DNA of 64,000 bases from Catajapyx aquilonaris. Taxonomy: Eukaryota. Shown here in pieces: positions 1 through 12,394 of the stretch; position 1 is the stretch's first letter; every line of letters starts with the position of its first letter. The position numbers and the translations under genes are program-made. The notes below the pieces were generated by a model, which did not search any database, was not told where the DNA came from, and worked only from the letters and a program-made list of their open reading frames with translations. The stretch lies in the NCBI GenBank assembly GCA_000934665.2, contig KZ538222.1, forward strand, positions 1 through 64,000, read 5' to 3'.

Positions 1-895
1 ACATGCCATCGCTAAAAAGGAAAACTTTTGTATTCCATGTAAACCTTAGGATAAAGCCACACATACTGAGTTGTCTTATTTTGTACCTTTGCGGATTGTA
101 ACAGTAGCACGTAGCGTTTGTGGTTCATTCCCAAAAATAGGGAACAAGAGGGGGTTTCAATGAAAGTTGGAAGTATTATTTCGTCATGTTCCCATAAGCA
201 AGGGGTCATACCATTTTTTATTTTTTTTGTCAGTAATGGAACTGTTAACTATCCAGATTTCTTTCACTTTTTTATTCATGTCTATTCATTCTAGTGTTGT
301 TGTACTCTCCCACGCTTCATATCTTGTCACTGCAAGTTTTCGAAATCATACAAAGAAGCATTAGCTTTAGTGTTAAATTATAGTGAACAAGACATGACAG
401 CATGGAATATTCCAACTAAGTGTTCAAAAAGCAGCATTTTAGCGGATGAAAATCAGTTGCAGTCCAGAAGCTGAGAATTTTTGGAGAATCTTAAAGTTTT
501 TGTTTGTTGAGGTGATAGATTTTTTGGTCATGTGAAGCTGATAGATTTCATAAGTGCACACATATGTAGAAACAAAAAACCGAAATAAATTAATTTCCCT
601 CTATATTGTACCAAAATAAACCTAAACCCAACTAAATGTGGCTGCATTGAAGCGTCAGTGTGACCCCACTGCTGACTGCTGCAAGGGGCGTTAAAATGAT
701 ACATGTGACTACTGTGGGATTGTTAACATTGGTTTGAGTGGGTGCTGCATACCACATAAAGGGCAAGTTTGGGGGCAACTAGGTATGTTGGATGTTCGAA
801 GGAAAGTGGAGCGATGGCCTAGTGACAGGTTTAAAGGCTAAGCAACCTGTGTTTATATCGGAATGCAAGTAGTCATGCAATGCTCTTCTCTCTCA

Positions 896-966
896 GTCCC
901 TGTAGTTCAGTGGCAGAACACGCACTCTCGTGAGTGTGGACCTGGGTTCAATTCCCAGCAGGGGCA
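896..966 (+). tRNA. tRNA-like sequence (Thr-CGT-like; probable pseudogene or SINE head)
   Basis: Cloverleaf: acceptor GTCCCTG/CAGGGGC, D arm GTTC-AGTGGCA-GAAC, T arm CTGGG-TTCAATT-CCCAG. The anticodon stem CGCAC/GTGTG closes an 8-nt loop TCTCGTGA (non-canonical). No T-run terminator immediately downstream. Confidence 0.5.
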
Positions 967-1525
967 CAAGGGCGGAGTTTAGTGTGAGCTTGCTCGGAAT
1001 TTTAGGCGTGTCTTAAAATGTTACTCAAGAGACCCACCCACCGTGTGCACTAGTGATGGAAGAAGTCTTGCTGAACTAGGAGCAGTATTTGACACAACCA
1101 ATGCAGAATCTCAAGCTTAATCTCTGACCCTGGGTCTTGCTTGGATGTGCATGGCCCTTTGGCCAGAGGAGCTATGTACCCCACTGGTTTTAAGTTTAGA
1201 GCCCGAGAAAATTAAAATAGTTGGAAGTTATATGACTTAGAAAGCAAATGCATTTACATGTGTAGCGCTGTTGAATGTGTAACTATTTTAATAAAAGGGA
1301 CTTTTTTCTATAACAAGTGGATGTGATGACAAGAGGAAATAAAGGCATCTATTGTGTGCTAATTGAGTAGTTTGGGAATTATTCTGGAAAGTGGTTGTGG
1401 AACCCTGGCTCTAGCAACTCGGGATTGTGGTTCCAGGCACATATCCATTTGCTTTGTGATGGTGTTGCAACCTGGGTGTCTGCTGTTGGAGGTTATGTTG
1501 CCCATTATATGGTATGCAGCTGTTA

Positions 1526-1626
1526 TGCCTGGTTGCACCAACAAAATTACCGGTCCGATAGCTCCTAATGGACAGATCGGTTAACATGTGCTATCGGACC
1601 GGTAATTTTGTTGGTGCAACCAGGCA
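1526..1626. mobile_element. PIF/Harbinger-type hairpin MITE
   Basis: TIR TGCCTGGTTGCACCAACAAAATTACCGGTCCGATAGC with its inverse at the other end; TTA target duplication at 1523-25 and 1627-29; related copy at 29932-30060. Confidence 0.8.
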
Positions 1627-1947
1627 TTATTATTTTATATCTTCCCTGATATGAACAAGATATGGCAATTTTGGAATGAGTGGTTGCCATCAGGGTGGAC
1701 TGAGGGCAGTTAAGTGGGGTTTTTTGAGGGTATGTCTAAAGGATGAGCATTTGCTAATGAGCAAGGAAAAGTGAAAGGAATGGGCTTTTGAAGTAATGAA
1801 AAGCTCTCAACCAGGGACGGGAAATTGGATTTAGTTGATTAGTATTAACTAGTAATATAAAATCATAAATCCTACCCAAGTGTAATTGAGTTGATGTCTG
1901 GCATTTGACAAGATGGTGTGTATATGCACAATCCTCCGCAGATAATT

Positions 1948-2197
1948 GAGGGGTCGGGGATCAACAGGGGCAAAGTCCACTTGGAAAAACGGGTCGTAAA
2001 ATGAGCAAAAACTGATGATGACTTAACTTTCACTGGTACAATCATGAAACTTTTTCCGTCGGTATGTTGCTATAGCACATCTACGTGCAAATTTGCAATT
2101 AATACCCAATGATATTAAAATACACAATTGATGCACGTATTTGTGTTGCATCACCAGAAATGGACTTCGCCATTTTTGATATGACGTGAGACCCCTC
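1948..2197. mobile_element. Sola-like non-autonomous DNA transposon
   Basis: Termini GAGGGGTC...GACCCCTC; 4-bp AATT direct repeat on both sides. Confidence 0.6.
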
Positions 2198-4096
2198 AAT
2201 TCCGCCATTACGAATAGGAAGGAGAGATGGTGCAGGTAGGGTGGGTCATTACAGAACTGACAGTTTCCATTGCTTGTTGGCAGTCATTGTGGAAAGTCAT
2301 CACAGTCCTGCATTCCCCCCACTCATGGCAGAGCAGACATGAAGGAATTTAGCTTGGGTGGCAATAAGTAAGGAATTACATGAGTGTTTGCAGGAGTCCA
2401 CTCCCAGCAAAACGAGCAGTGTGTCAGAGTGACCAGCTTTCTGCAGCCCATATCTTGCTTGCTTTAAGTGCTACAGCTTGGGAGTGGCCAGTTGACAAGC
2501 TGCTGGAGGACCTTGTATTCCACTTGCTCCAGTTTTGCTGACAGATGAGCATTGCAGCTGAGGCACAGGGCGGAGTAGAAAGGAATGACTTCAGAGAGGG
2601 AAGATGGATGCATGCATCAGTCTGCTAGGATGTGCCATTTTAGGTAATTATTGTGTGTGTGCGTGTGTCGAGCATAATTATAGTAACTTGCCAGGGATAT
2701 TTGCCAAGCAAGTGTGTCAGTTATTCTTCACACTTGAAAGTGACATTGTCTAGCCTTGGGGCAGGTTGCGTGATTAATGGTAAATCCAAAATGAAATAGT
2801 GAATTACAAGCAGTGTAAATCCAACATTAATTATAAAATAGTAAAGGGAAAATCCCAGTTGATATAACATGGATATCATTTATCATGTTGGTTGGTGTCC
2901 AGGGGATGTTATGGTGAAAATTTGCAGGCTAGATGCTCAAGAAACAAAACTGAGGAAAAGGCACTTCCACAGGCAATACTTCCAACCTCGGAATAATTTA
3001 GTCTGTGTCTCGTGTATCTTGCTGATTTGCGGAGAGTTGACCCACACTCCTAAAATGACGACTAGAAGGGTCAGTCTCACCTCAATAGGATGCTAAAAAT
3101 GGCAGTCCTCATACAAGTCCTGTATAAATTGCGAGGCATATATACCACAATGTGCATGATAATTGTCACGTGCGTGCCGAGTCAAAATAATTTTGTTACT
3201 GTAGAAGTATAGAGAAATGAGGATCATTTATTTTAAGATATCCACAAACTTGTCACAAATGTCCAAAGAGAGGAAGAATCTTTAGTGATGTTAACCCCTG
3301 CTGTGCCCTATGCAAATACCACCTCTATGCAGGTAAGCATAGAATCATATATATGGTGGCACAATCCACTGTTATTGTGAACTCTTCCCAAAATGCCTGT
3401 CTGCAATGGTGTGAATGCACTCAATGCAGACATATCTGCAGCTTATCCTTAATCTTCTTCCAGATAGTCTGAATCGGGTTCAGGCCAGGAGTGTTTGGAG
3501 CGGTTCGGAGGCCACAGCAGTGTCTCAATCCCCCACCAATTGAAGAGTGGACATGCACAAGGCTCTAAGTGCCCATTTAAAAAATTGATTTTATCACGCT
3601 AAACTCTTCTATGACACATGGCTGATGCTGTAAAAAAGACTCCAACTGCCTAGCTTGACCTTGTCATGTAGTATCGCCAACTGACATATTCTTTAGAAAG
3701 GCTCTTAAGTGCCACATGTAGACATATGCAATGGCTTGTATGGTCTACAAAAGCATGGTGATAAGGAGTTATAAGTGTGCTGGGCAACTTAAAGTGGACA
3801 ACTTGAAGTACTCAAAAGAGGTCAGAAGACACGGACATATAGAATATGAACATTCCTATTCTGCCGTGTTCAAGCAGAATTTCAGCAGAGGAGTGTGCCT
3901 ATCTGCGGAAGATGCTGCCAAATCTATCTGAACAAGACTATAAAAACTTCCAAAGATCTTTGCTGGAGTGAGGTTATGTGTAGACCTTTCATTCATCCTT
4001 TGTATTTTGACAATTTGTGGCACTTACACTGTTCTATACAGGGTGAAAAGAAACTCGCGGGCAATCACCAGGTAGACTGATAGTACTCATACAACT

Positions 4097-4465
4097 TTTT
4101 TTTTTTTTTTTTTTTTTTTNNNNNNNNNNNNNNNNNNNNNNNNNNNNNNNNNNNNNNNNNNNNNNNNNNNNNNNNNNNNNNNNNNNNNNNNNNNNNNNNN
4201 NNNNNNNNNNNNNNNNNNNNNNNNNNNNNNNNNNNNNNNNNNNGGGTGGGTGGGAGGGGATGTGCAAAGTGCAAGTGCAATGTCTCTAATCGTCATTTTG
4301 TGAACTCCCCCGGGTGGCTTAGTCTGCCGGAAATTGCCACCCGAAACGAAGCCAGAGATGGCCCAACTCTGCACGAAAGAAGGTGGGAACCCCGGGTGGG
4401 GATTGAACCCGGGACCTTAACTTCCGTGGGCGCGCGCGTCACCGCGGCGCCACTCCGTCTCCCCA
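4097..4465 (-). mobile_element. tRNA-derived SINE family A, poly(A)-tailed copy spanning an assembly gap
   Basis: Head GGGGAGACGGAGTGGCGCCGCGGT...GGTTCAATCCC on the - strand; 15-bp TSD AGTACTCATACAACT at 4082-4096 and 4466-4480. Confidence 0.85.
4120..4243. other. assembly gap
   Basis: Run of N. Confidence 1.
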
Positions 4466-5084
4466 AGTACTCATACAACTAATATAGGGATGTGTAATTA
4501 GTTTTGGGCTCCGTTGCATAGTTAATGCGTACGACATCGTCAAAGTTTCGTGACTTCACGTCCTTTCTACCAGCTTCTAAGAAGCAAAAGTCAGTTCGAG
4601 GGCCTCCGGTCCCTTGCCTTGGTCCCCTAACACTTCGTCCATGTGCAAAAAAAGCGATCAAATCCCGTCAGAGCAAGAATCCTTGTACGACACCTGTGCA
4701 CTTTGTCGTTTTTGCCTCATATTCCACCATCCAGCCCTCTACACTTTAAGGGCACCGTACCCATTAACTACGCAACGGAGCCAAAAACTAATGGCACATC
4801 CCTATATTAGTTTTGCGAGTACTATCAGTCTACCTGGCGATTGTTCGCGAGTTTCCCTTCACCCTGTATAGAAGGTCGTAAGTGCCACAAATTTTCAAAA
4901 TAAAAAGGATGAATGAAAGGGCTACACATAACCTCACTCCAGCAAAGATCTTGAGAAGTTTTTATAGTCTTGTTCAGATAGATTTGGCAGCATCTTGCGC
5001 AGATTGGCACACTCCTCTGTTGAAATTCTGCTTGAACATGGCCATGGAACATTGCCATGCCACAATTTTATTCCCAACTGTGAA

Positions 5085-5328
5085 GGGAGGCGAAGTGGCG
5101 CTGCGGTAACATATGCGCCCTTCGTCTCGGGTGGTATTTCCGATAGACTAAACCACCCGGGGGACCTCACAAAATGACCAGATAATATTTGTCATTGCAC
5201 TGCACTTGCTCATCCCCTCCTGTCATCCTCCCTATCGCGTCCCTGGGTGAAAGGTCCACCTGTACTAGCATGTAAAACACAGCAAAATAAAGGTACTGTG
5301 CCGATGCCCAAGGGTGGTGCACTAAACC

Positions 5329-5385
<57 letters not shown>
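5085..5385 (+). mobile_element. SINE family A, internally deleted, (TTA)n tail
   Basis: Similar to 42114-42512; imperfect ~15-bp TSD TATTCCCAACTRTGA. Confidence 0.8.
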
Positions 5386-5387
<2 letters not shown>

Positions 5388-5625
5388 CCAACTATGAGAA
5401 GAAGGAACTACGAAATTGTTAAGAAAATTTTCAACTTGAGCAATCTATGTAGTATTTACTATGGTATAGTGAGAATAAATGAATATTCCATGCTCATGTC
5501 CTAAAAATGCTAGTTTAGTTAGAATAAATTCAATGAAGCCTACTCTATATTTGTTTATTCATACCTCTAGTCCTTCCTAGTTCAAGTCCAAATCAGCATT
5601 TACTATTTAACATGTATTTTTAAAA

Positions 5626-6075
5626 ATTATTATTTATTATTTATTATTATTTATTATTTATCATTTATTTTACCCTGTGATAGGCCTACATAGGCCCTGT
5701 TGGGGGGTGGTACACCACCATTGATTTTCTCGTCCTATTTTCTTTCCTCCGGTGCAAGGGGACAGGATAGGGATAATGAGGGGGGGACACTGGTGCAGGT
5801 GCAATGTCTCAAGTTGGGGGTCAGGTTGCAAGACAACCTCCTAGATGCGGGTCAGAACCCCCACCGACACCGCACCTCCTCATGGACAGGACAAGGATAG
5901 GAAAGGAAGGAATCGGCTGTGGCCTATTATTTAGGAAGCAACCCCGGAATTCTCCTGAGTAGACCGTGGGAAACCACAGAAAACCACGGTTAGGATTGCC
6001 GGCCCTGGGACTCGAACCCAGGACCTCCCGATTAGCAGTCGGACACCATATTCACTCCACCACTACTGCTTCGGT
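5626..6075 (-). mobile_element. tRNA-derived SINE family D
   Basis: B box GGTTCGAGTCCC on the - strand near 6007-6020; 3' part shared with family C (GCAACCTGACC...GGCCTATCACAGGGTA); A/T-rich tail. Confidence 0.7.
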
Positions 6076-6628
6076 ATTTAGACATGTATGGAAATTCTTC
6101 TGGCTCCATATGGGCCGCTCGTTTTCAATCTGCGGGCGTGGGGACTCCCGCAGCTCTCCATGTCAGTGCCTGTAGCTCCGTAACCCTTTCGTAGACCATA
6201 ATTCTGTTTGCATCACAGATAGAGGACACTATGCAGCGTATTTTGATATCAGATGACATTTGACTCTCGCCCTCATTTCAAAAACATTTATTTGCAAAAA
6301 TCTCGCTTTTTGGCATTAATTTGCACAGCTGTTGGAAAATGAACACGTTTTTCGAAAATAGGAGGCACATATGAAACAAGTATTACATCATGTATTTACG
6401 CTTTCATGTAATTGTAATAGGGGGGTACCCCTAAATGTGATAAAAGTACAATTAGCACCTGTAGATAGGCAACCACACATCAGCGGACCAAATCCTTATG
6501 GGACAGGTCATTTCTTGACCTGGACTAAAACATATTTCACACTCACCAATGGGCAAATTTTCTCGTGGAAAACATGCTCGGCTTCACATGGAATTGTCCC
6601 TATGTGTACATAACTGATTCATTGCATT

Positions 6629-7431
6629 CGAGGTGTGATCAAAAAGTTCCTGGACTGTGTTCATAAAAACAGTAATATTTACTTTAAGTCCTAATTTCCA
6701 CTGCCACCTTCACAGTAGTTACCTTGGGCACGTATACAACGATCCCGGCGAATTTCCCATTTTTGGAAGCACCCCCAAAAATTGGCCAACCGTAGCGTGT
6801 TCAGCACCTGCTGCGATTTTGCTTAGAGCAGTGGTCATGTTTTTTTGGTCAGGAAGTCCCTGACTATGCGTGAGGTGTATGCCGGCGGCATTGTCATGGT
6901 GCACCAACCAGTCTCTGTTGTTCCATATATCCGACCAATTGAACCTAAATCGTCTCAAACCATTGCAGTAAGATTTGCCGTTGACAGTTTTACCAGGAGG
7001 GAGAAACTCCATATGCACAATTCTTAAAATGTCAAAGAAAATGATCAGCATTGAGTTGATTTTGATGAGAACTTGGCGCGTCACTTTTGAAGGTGTTGAC
7101 CCACTCATATGTTATTGCTTGTCTTACAGATTGCTCATCAAAAGCCTTGTTCAGCATTCGGTGGGTTGCAACCGAAATTTTGTGGAGCTGGAAGCAAAAT
7201 TTAATACAAATCCTTTGCTCCCTAACATCAGCCATGTCGAAAAATCGCAGAAGCACAATAACATGGTGTCAAGTTAACTGCCGAAACTCGGAAACATGTG
7301 CACCTATGAAGACCATATTTTTCAGGCTAATAGCTGAAAGGTGCTCCTAGCTCCCCCTAGCGTCACAAGTTCGTACCTCCACCGGTTTGCACAGTATACC
7401 GAAAATCCAGGAACTTTTCAATCACACCTTG
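6629..7431 (-). mobile_element. internally deleted mariner element
   Basis: TIRs CGAGGTGTGATCAAAAAGTTCCTGGA / TCCAGGAACTTTTCAATCACACCTTG-TA; transposase remnants MADVREQRICIKFCF...YEW and MLIIFFD...EFLPPGKTVN...HHDNA. Confidence 0.9.
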
Positions 7432-8273
7432 TATGTACATTTTAATGCATATAAATGTAAGTAACACTGTTTGAGCTTATACCTGATTCAAAACATCATT
7501 GATGTAATTCATTCATTCAAATATGGGATTTTAAAAGAAAAGTTGCACTTATTTTCCACCCAAGATGAAGCCAGACTATTGCAACATGATGCACCTTAGT
7601 AACAAAACTATTAATCTATGCACATTAAATTTTTGAATATTCTACAATTTCATTATTTTTCTACCTGTAAATATGAAATAAGTAACTCATTTCAAGCACC
7701 AAAACCCCACTTGCCTCTGTGACTAGGTACTGGACAATCTTGGAAGATGCTCAAAAATGAGTCATTGATTGTCAACAAGGTAACTTTTCCTCCAGAACCA
7801 CCAAATGCTGTGTGTCGTTCATTGTAACAGTTTCTTGATGGCATCCGTCCCCTCTACACCTGACGTAATCGCTTATCATGACAGGCTGTATTTGGAATTG
7901 CTTGCCAAGAATTTGAGGATGAACATGAAGGTGCTTTGGTGTCTCATGTAGTGCATCATGCTAGGCTGAATTGAATTTCATCTTACAATTAGAGCAGCAC
8001 ATATTTCCAATAATGGACAGCACTGCCCCTGCATGTTTCAGCCTAATTCACCAACCTAATGTGATAGTTTCAGTTTCATTCATTTTGTTACTGTTTCATG
8101 ACAAAAATAGAGTATAGGAATGTTTGTTTTTTTTGTCCACAAAATAAATTTTCAACAAGACTCACATGCAGGAATCATGTTAATATTATATCATAAATGA
8201 TCACACGTTTCAAGGAATATATTGAAATCATCAAATATGTTTGTAATGAGACCTAAAAATTAGATACTGTCAT

Positions 8274-8675
8274 ATACTCGCAAAACTAATATAGCGATGT
8301 GCAATTAGTCTTGGCTGCCGTTGTGTAGTTAATGTGTACAGCGCCTTTAAAGTTTCGTGATGTCACATCCGCTCCGTCAGCTTCTATGAAGCAAAAGTCA
8401 GCATGAGGATCTCTGAATAATCCGGCCTTGTGCCCGTAACTCATCGTCCATGTGCAATAGGTGATCAAATTCCGTCAGAGTAAGAATCAGGATGTGACAC
8501 CCGTGCACTTTGTCATTGTTTACCTCATATTATACCATCTGGCACACTACACGTTAACAGCGCCGTATGCATTAACTACACAACGGTGCCCAAAACTAAT
8601 TGCACATCCCTATATTAGTTTTAAGAGTCCTATCAATCTACCTGGTGATTAGGAGCGAAAATCCCTTCGCCCCGT
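8274..8675. mobile_element. second copy of the 4039-4866 MITE (left end missing)
   Basis: Colinear similarity to 4466-4866; ends CGCCCCG-TA. Confidence 0.75.
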
Positions 8676-8775
8676 ATAATTGGGCACCTTGATAGAGGGG
8701 CAACAAGCTGATACAAAAAAAAACAAAAAAAACCTTGGGGCAAAATCTCTACAGTAAATATAGTGATGTGATAAC

Positions 8776-9031
8776 CGACACGGTGGCGGAGTGGTTAGCA
8801 CCGCAGCCTTCCACCTCTAAGGTCCCGAGTTCGATCCCCGGGTTGGACGGAGGATTCTTATGTGGATAGAGTTTCAATGGGTTCTCCCCGTGTTCGTGTG
8901 GGTTTTCTCGGGGTTCTCCCGTTTCCTCCCGCTATCAAAATCCATCACAGAGCAGGCAATGATTAAAGTCAGTTAAATAAAAGATGATCCCCTAAGAGGC
9001 CCAAGGAGGCCTAGCACGGGGTATCCATTAT
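8776..9031 (+). mobile_element. SINE family B (tRNA-Gly-like head plus V-domain-like body)
   Basis: A box TGGCGGAGTGG, B box GAGTTCGATCCC; 15-bp TSD TAGTGATGTGATAAC at 8761-8775 and 9032-9046. Confidence 0.85.
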
Positions 9032-9298
9032 TAGTGATGTGATAACTTGGTTGCACTGCCAAACACCACCACATTCTGTAAGTGCTATACTCACTTCTGG
9101 GTCTGTCAAGAAGGATGCAGAGTCACTCCAATCCAAGAAATTAGTTGTACCAATGTGAGAAAAGGGAGACAGAGTATTGTGACCATGAGATTTAACATAA
9201 CTTTTTCAAAACTCTTACATGGGATCCATCATATTATGATAACAGTATATTACATGATATAAGAACACTTAATGTGATGCCCTAATGTCTCTCTAGAT

Positions 9299-9521
9299 CA
9301 GTGGTTCCCAACCTGTGGTGCCTTTTCAGGGGGGTCATGCGGTGGCCGAGGTAATTTTTACTTGAAGCAATAAATCTTACAAGAAATTTTACCACTAAGG
9401 TTTTAAAAATATCTTGTAATGTCTACAATACGTTAATTTTCTACTAATACTTGGGGGTGGGGTTGGCAGGTTACTTGACTATCATGAAAGGTCACGACAC
9501 GAAAAAGGTTGGGAACCACTG
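9299..9521. mobile_element. hAT/Charlie-type MITE
   Basis: CAGTGGTTCCCAACC...GGTTGGGAACCACTG; imperfect 8-bp TSD CTCTAGAT/CTCTAGTC; sister copy at 53417-53656. Confidence 0.85.
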
Positions 9522-10043
9522 CTCTAGTCTAGATCAAGGTGCAAATGGCTTTCAATAAAAATACATAGTAATTATGTGTCCCCTTTTTGTTCACACTGGT
9601 TCTAATTTCTAAAATAAAAAGTCAGACAATCCTTTTCATGATTGTCAATAATTTTAATATTTTCAAAAATACATTGTCCCAGAAATAACATGCTTTATTA
9701 AGCGACAAGGTGCTTATGTACCAAAATCAACATCTAAGAATAGAGTTTACCCTTGAGTTTACCAAAAAATAGGAAGAAGTATCTTTTGCAAGTAAGTGGA
9801 TGGACTAGATACGTTTGTACTGCAGATTACAAAAATCTGGTTGATCTTCTGTTTTCATCCATGTCTCCAGAACCATCATTACATGCAAATCTTGATGTTC
9901 TATGTTACTAGTTGCACATAATGGGATGAATCAGAAAACCACTTTCACAGTGGTTTTACCAGGGTTCTGTAGGAAGGGATGTTCATCATGAGTAATACAA
10001 TAATTTCCCATGCATGTTAATTTTAAACGAATATGGCGGCAGG

Positions 10044-11031
10044 TCAGAATGGTGGCTGCCCACCATCAGCACTAATTAACTTACTCTTTCTGTGTCCTGT
10101 CTCTCTGGGCAGAGATCCCCTCGATTTAGGGCGTTCCCGTTCCTTCCTGACCTCGTATTCCTTCTTTGCCTTCAACTGCATTTTGACAAGCTGAAACATT
10201 GTTATTAGCAATCAATTTACATCAAAAACAAAAAATATTTTTACTAACCATGTCTGTCAACACCTCCACTTTCACCTCAAGCAAGTTATTTTGCTCTGTC
10301 ACCTTCTTGTTCTCCTCCAAGTAGCGTGTTGAAACATGTTGTACACCAGCGCGGCGGGCACGCTGCGTCTTCCTGCTGCCAGACCTCTCTCCTAATGCAT
10401 CTTCTGAAATATATTACAAGCTTGTACAGATTGGCATTATTGGCCTAGGCCCTAGAGCATCTTACCTGAAAACCACCACCCATCCTCCATGGTCCATAGC
10501 TGATCCCCCATAACCAGCTGAACTTCGTCTACTTCTTCCCCAAATTCCATATCGACCTGCACCGGATCAAGCATTCGATGCTGCTTAGCAAGCAATGTCC
10601 TCCGTGATTTCCTCCGTGGTGAGAAAGACATTTTTGGGGACCAGCTTATTAACTTGTTCGTTCTCACAAATTCACTTGGGGTCGCTGCAAGAATAAAATT
10701 TACAATACCACATGTTTCACATAAAATGTACACTACTGCCATACACTGAAAAGGCTGCACAATGTGGGATCCACACATACACCAAGTTGTATGTCTGGCA
10801 TGATGCACAACATTGTGGTTCCCTGTTCCAAGAGCTATTAGCTCTTATTGCTTATTTATATGTGAATTTATTCTATTTTATGTATGTCTGCCGCAGCCCA
10901 TTTCTTTTTCCATTAAAAAATCAACCTCAAAACCTCCACTTCGATTACCCACCGAACGCTGGTTCCGACCGATCTATCAGCGAGGTCCTCGAATGTCGGT
11001 CTGTCAGCGAGGCCCTTGAATGTCGCTCCAT
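10044..11031 (-). CDS. Cby: Chibby-family protein (beta-catenin antagonist / basal-body protein), ~199 aa
   Basis: Exons 11031-10953, 10684-10466, 10403-10249 and 10190-10044 join in frame with GT-AG sites. The product contains FSPRRKSRR...LDPVQVDMEFG...VQLVMGDQLWTMEDGWW...NKKVTEQNNLLEVKVEVLTDML, matching Chibby's FSPKK...ELGL...L.GQ.L.FENGQW and LEEENNLLRLKVDILLDML. A GTAAGT donor at 10084 means the C-terminus may splice elsewhere. Confidence 0.85.
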
Positions 11032-11139
11032 CTTGGCCCGCGGTTACACCGCTCTTCTTCTCTTCTTGTACGAATGTATCTGCACCACTTTCGATTTTTT
11101 CAGCGGTCCGATCCGGTCATTGTACGACCAGACCACCAC

Positions 11140-11165
11140 TCGCCGCAAGATGGCGTACAATGCGT
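11140..11165. promoter_or_regulatory. putative CpG-rich promoter core with a YY1-like motif
   Basis: CGCCGCAAGATGGCG about 120 bp upstream of the Chibby ATG, in CpG-enriched DNA. Confidence 0.35.
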
Positions 11166-12345
11166 TATAGCTAATACATATTCTGAAAGTAGCTTTGTAG
11201 GGCTACAAGCGCGCCGCCAGATACGAAGGAGGAAGAATTTCCAGTGACACCTGCTTAGAACGGACTTGTCGAAGTGGAATGTATACAGTGAAAAAGGGTA
11301 TTCTCTGTTCCTCGCAGTGCTCCACATCATTATGTCGTTTTAATATGTAACTCATGAGCGAGTAACTATTAATTTCGTCTTTATTAATAACTGCTATGTT
11401 AACCCATGCTGATGCTTCATCCAGTTTCAGATTCAGACAGATTCAGTGACTGAACCACGGACTTAAGATAATTTTGACAGATTTAGACAGCGAGGGACGA
11501 CAGTAGCCAGAAATCTTTCCTCGAGGTAAATTAATTCTGTATTTTAATGCTGTTAACATATGCAAAATGTGTGGAGGAGTATGGCTGTTGAGCGACAATA
11601 ACTCGCAGCAAGAGCTTGCTCGCAGTAACTTAATGCTGGGAGAACTTGTTGCAGGAGGTAACGGTTGGCATGGTATACCTGCCTGGTGACATGTGTCAGG
11701 TTATATTGGCATGACCCTCAATCATTGCAGGTGGTCAGTAAGGGCAAGTGTAGTGCACTCATTTCCAATTGATACAGGACCAGAACTGGATATCATACGA
11801 ACTTTATCTCTTTGAGGCGGGTTTCAGAGAAGAGGAGACAAGACCCAGACAATTGCTTATATAGTGCTGCTACTGGTATATGAGGGCAGTTTTTCATAAG
11901 TTGGGGGTCATAAGTTAGCCTACATGATTTAAATGCAGCTTTTATCAGAGGTAAACTATGCAGGGACTCACAAGCACAGTCTGAGGATAATTTTATTTGC
12001 CACATGGTAGGGTAATATTGTGCTGATAGTAGTAGTAGTTGATTGATTGATTGAGTAATGGTTTATTGGTGCAACAGCAGCACTGGCTATACTGCGCCAA
12101 GCACCTGTGACGTTGTAGGGCAGGCAATACCACCCCAACCGCAACGTTAAATGAACAAAAGGTTTTTTAGGGGTGCCTCCAGCGGACGCGCCCACGGACG
12201 TGTTACTGGTGGAGTCGGAAGAGGTGTACCCCCAAACTAGCCGCAGAGGTGGTGGCACTGGGTGCTGCACGGATGGCCAACGGACCTCTCAGATTCTTTT
12301 AAGGTCCAAAGTGTCATGTCAATGGGCGTAATATCAGAAACGCAT

Positions 12346-12347
12346 AC

Positions 12348-12394
<47 letters not shown>

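Larger units (their letters stand above)
4039..4866. mobile_element. Tc1/mariner-type MITE (CAGGGTG termini) interrupted by a SINE
   Basis: TA-CAGGGTGAA...TTCACCCTG-TA with ~120-bp imperfect TIRs; a second, left-truncated copy lies at ~8274-8675. Confidence 0.8.

Noticed and set aside
3600..3960. Possible tyrosine-recombinase/Crypton-like coding remnant beside the palindrome arm
   Set aside because: Resemblance too faint and broken by stops to support without a search.
5167..5504. ORFs with poly-I, poly-L, poly-Y or poly-N runs (also 32493, 42305, 42347, 52333)
   Set aside because: Translations of (ATT)n microsatellites, mostly retroposon tails.
10712..11170. 152-aa + strand ORF
   Set aside because: Antisense to Chibby exon 1 and intron 1; no recognisable motif.
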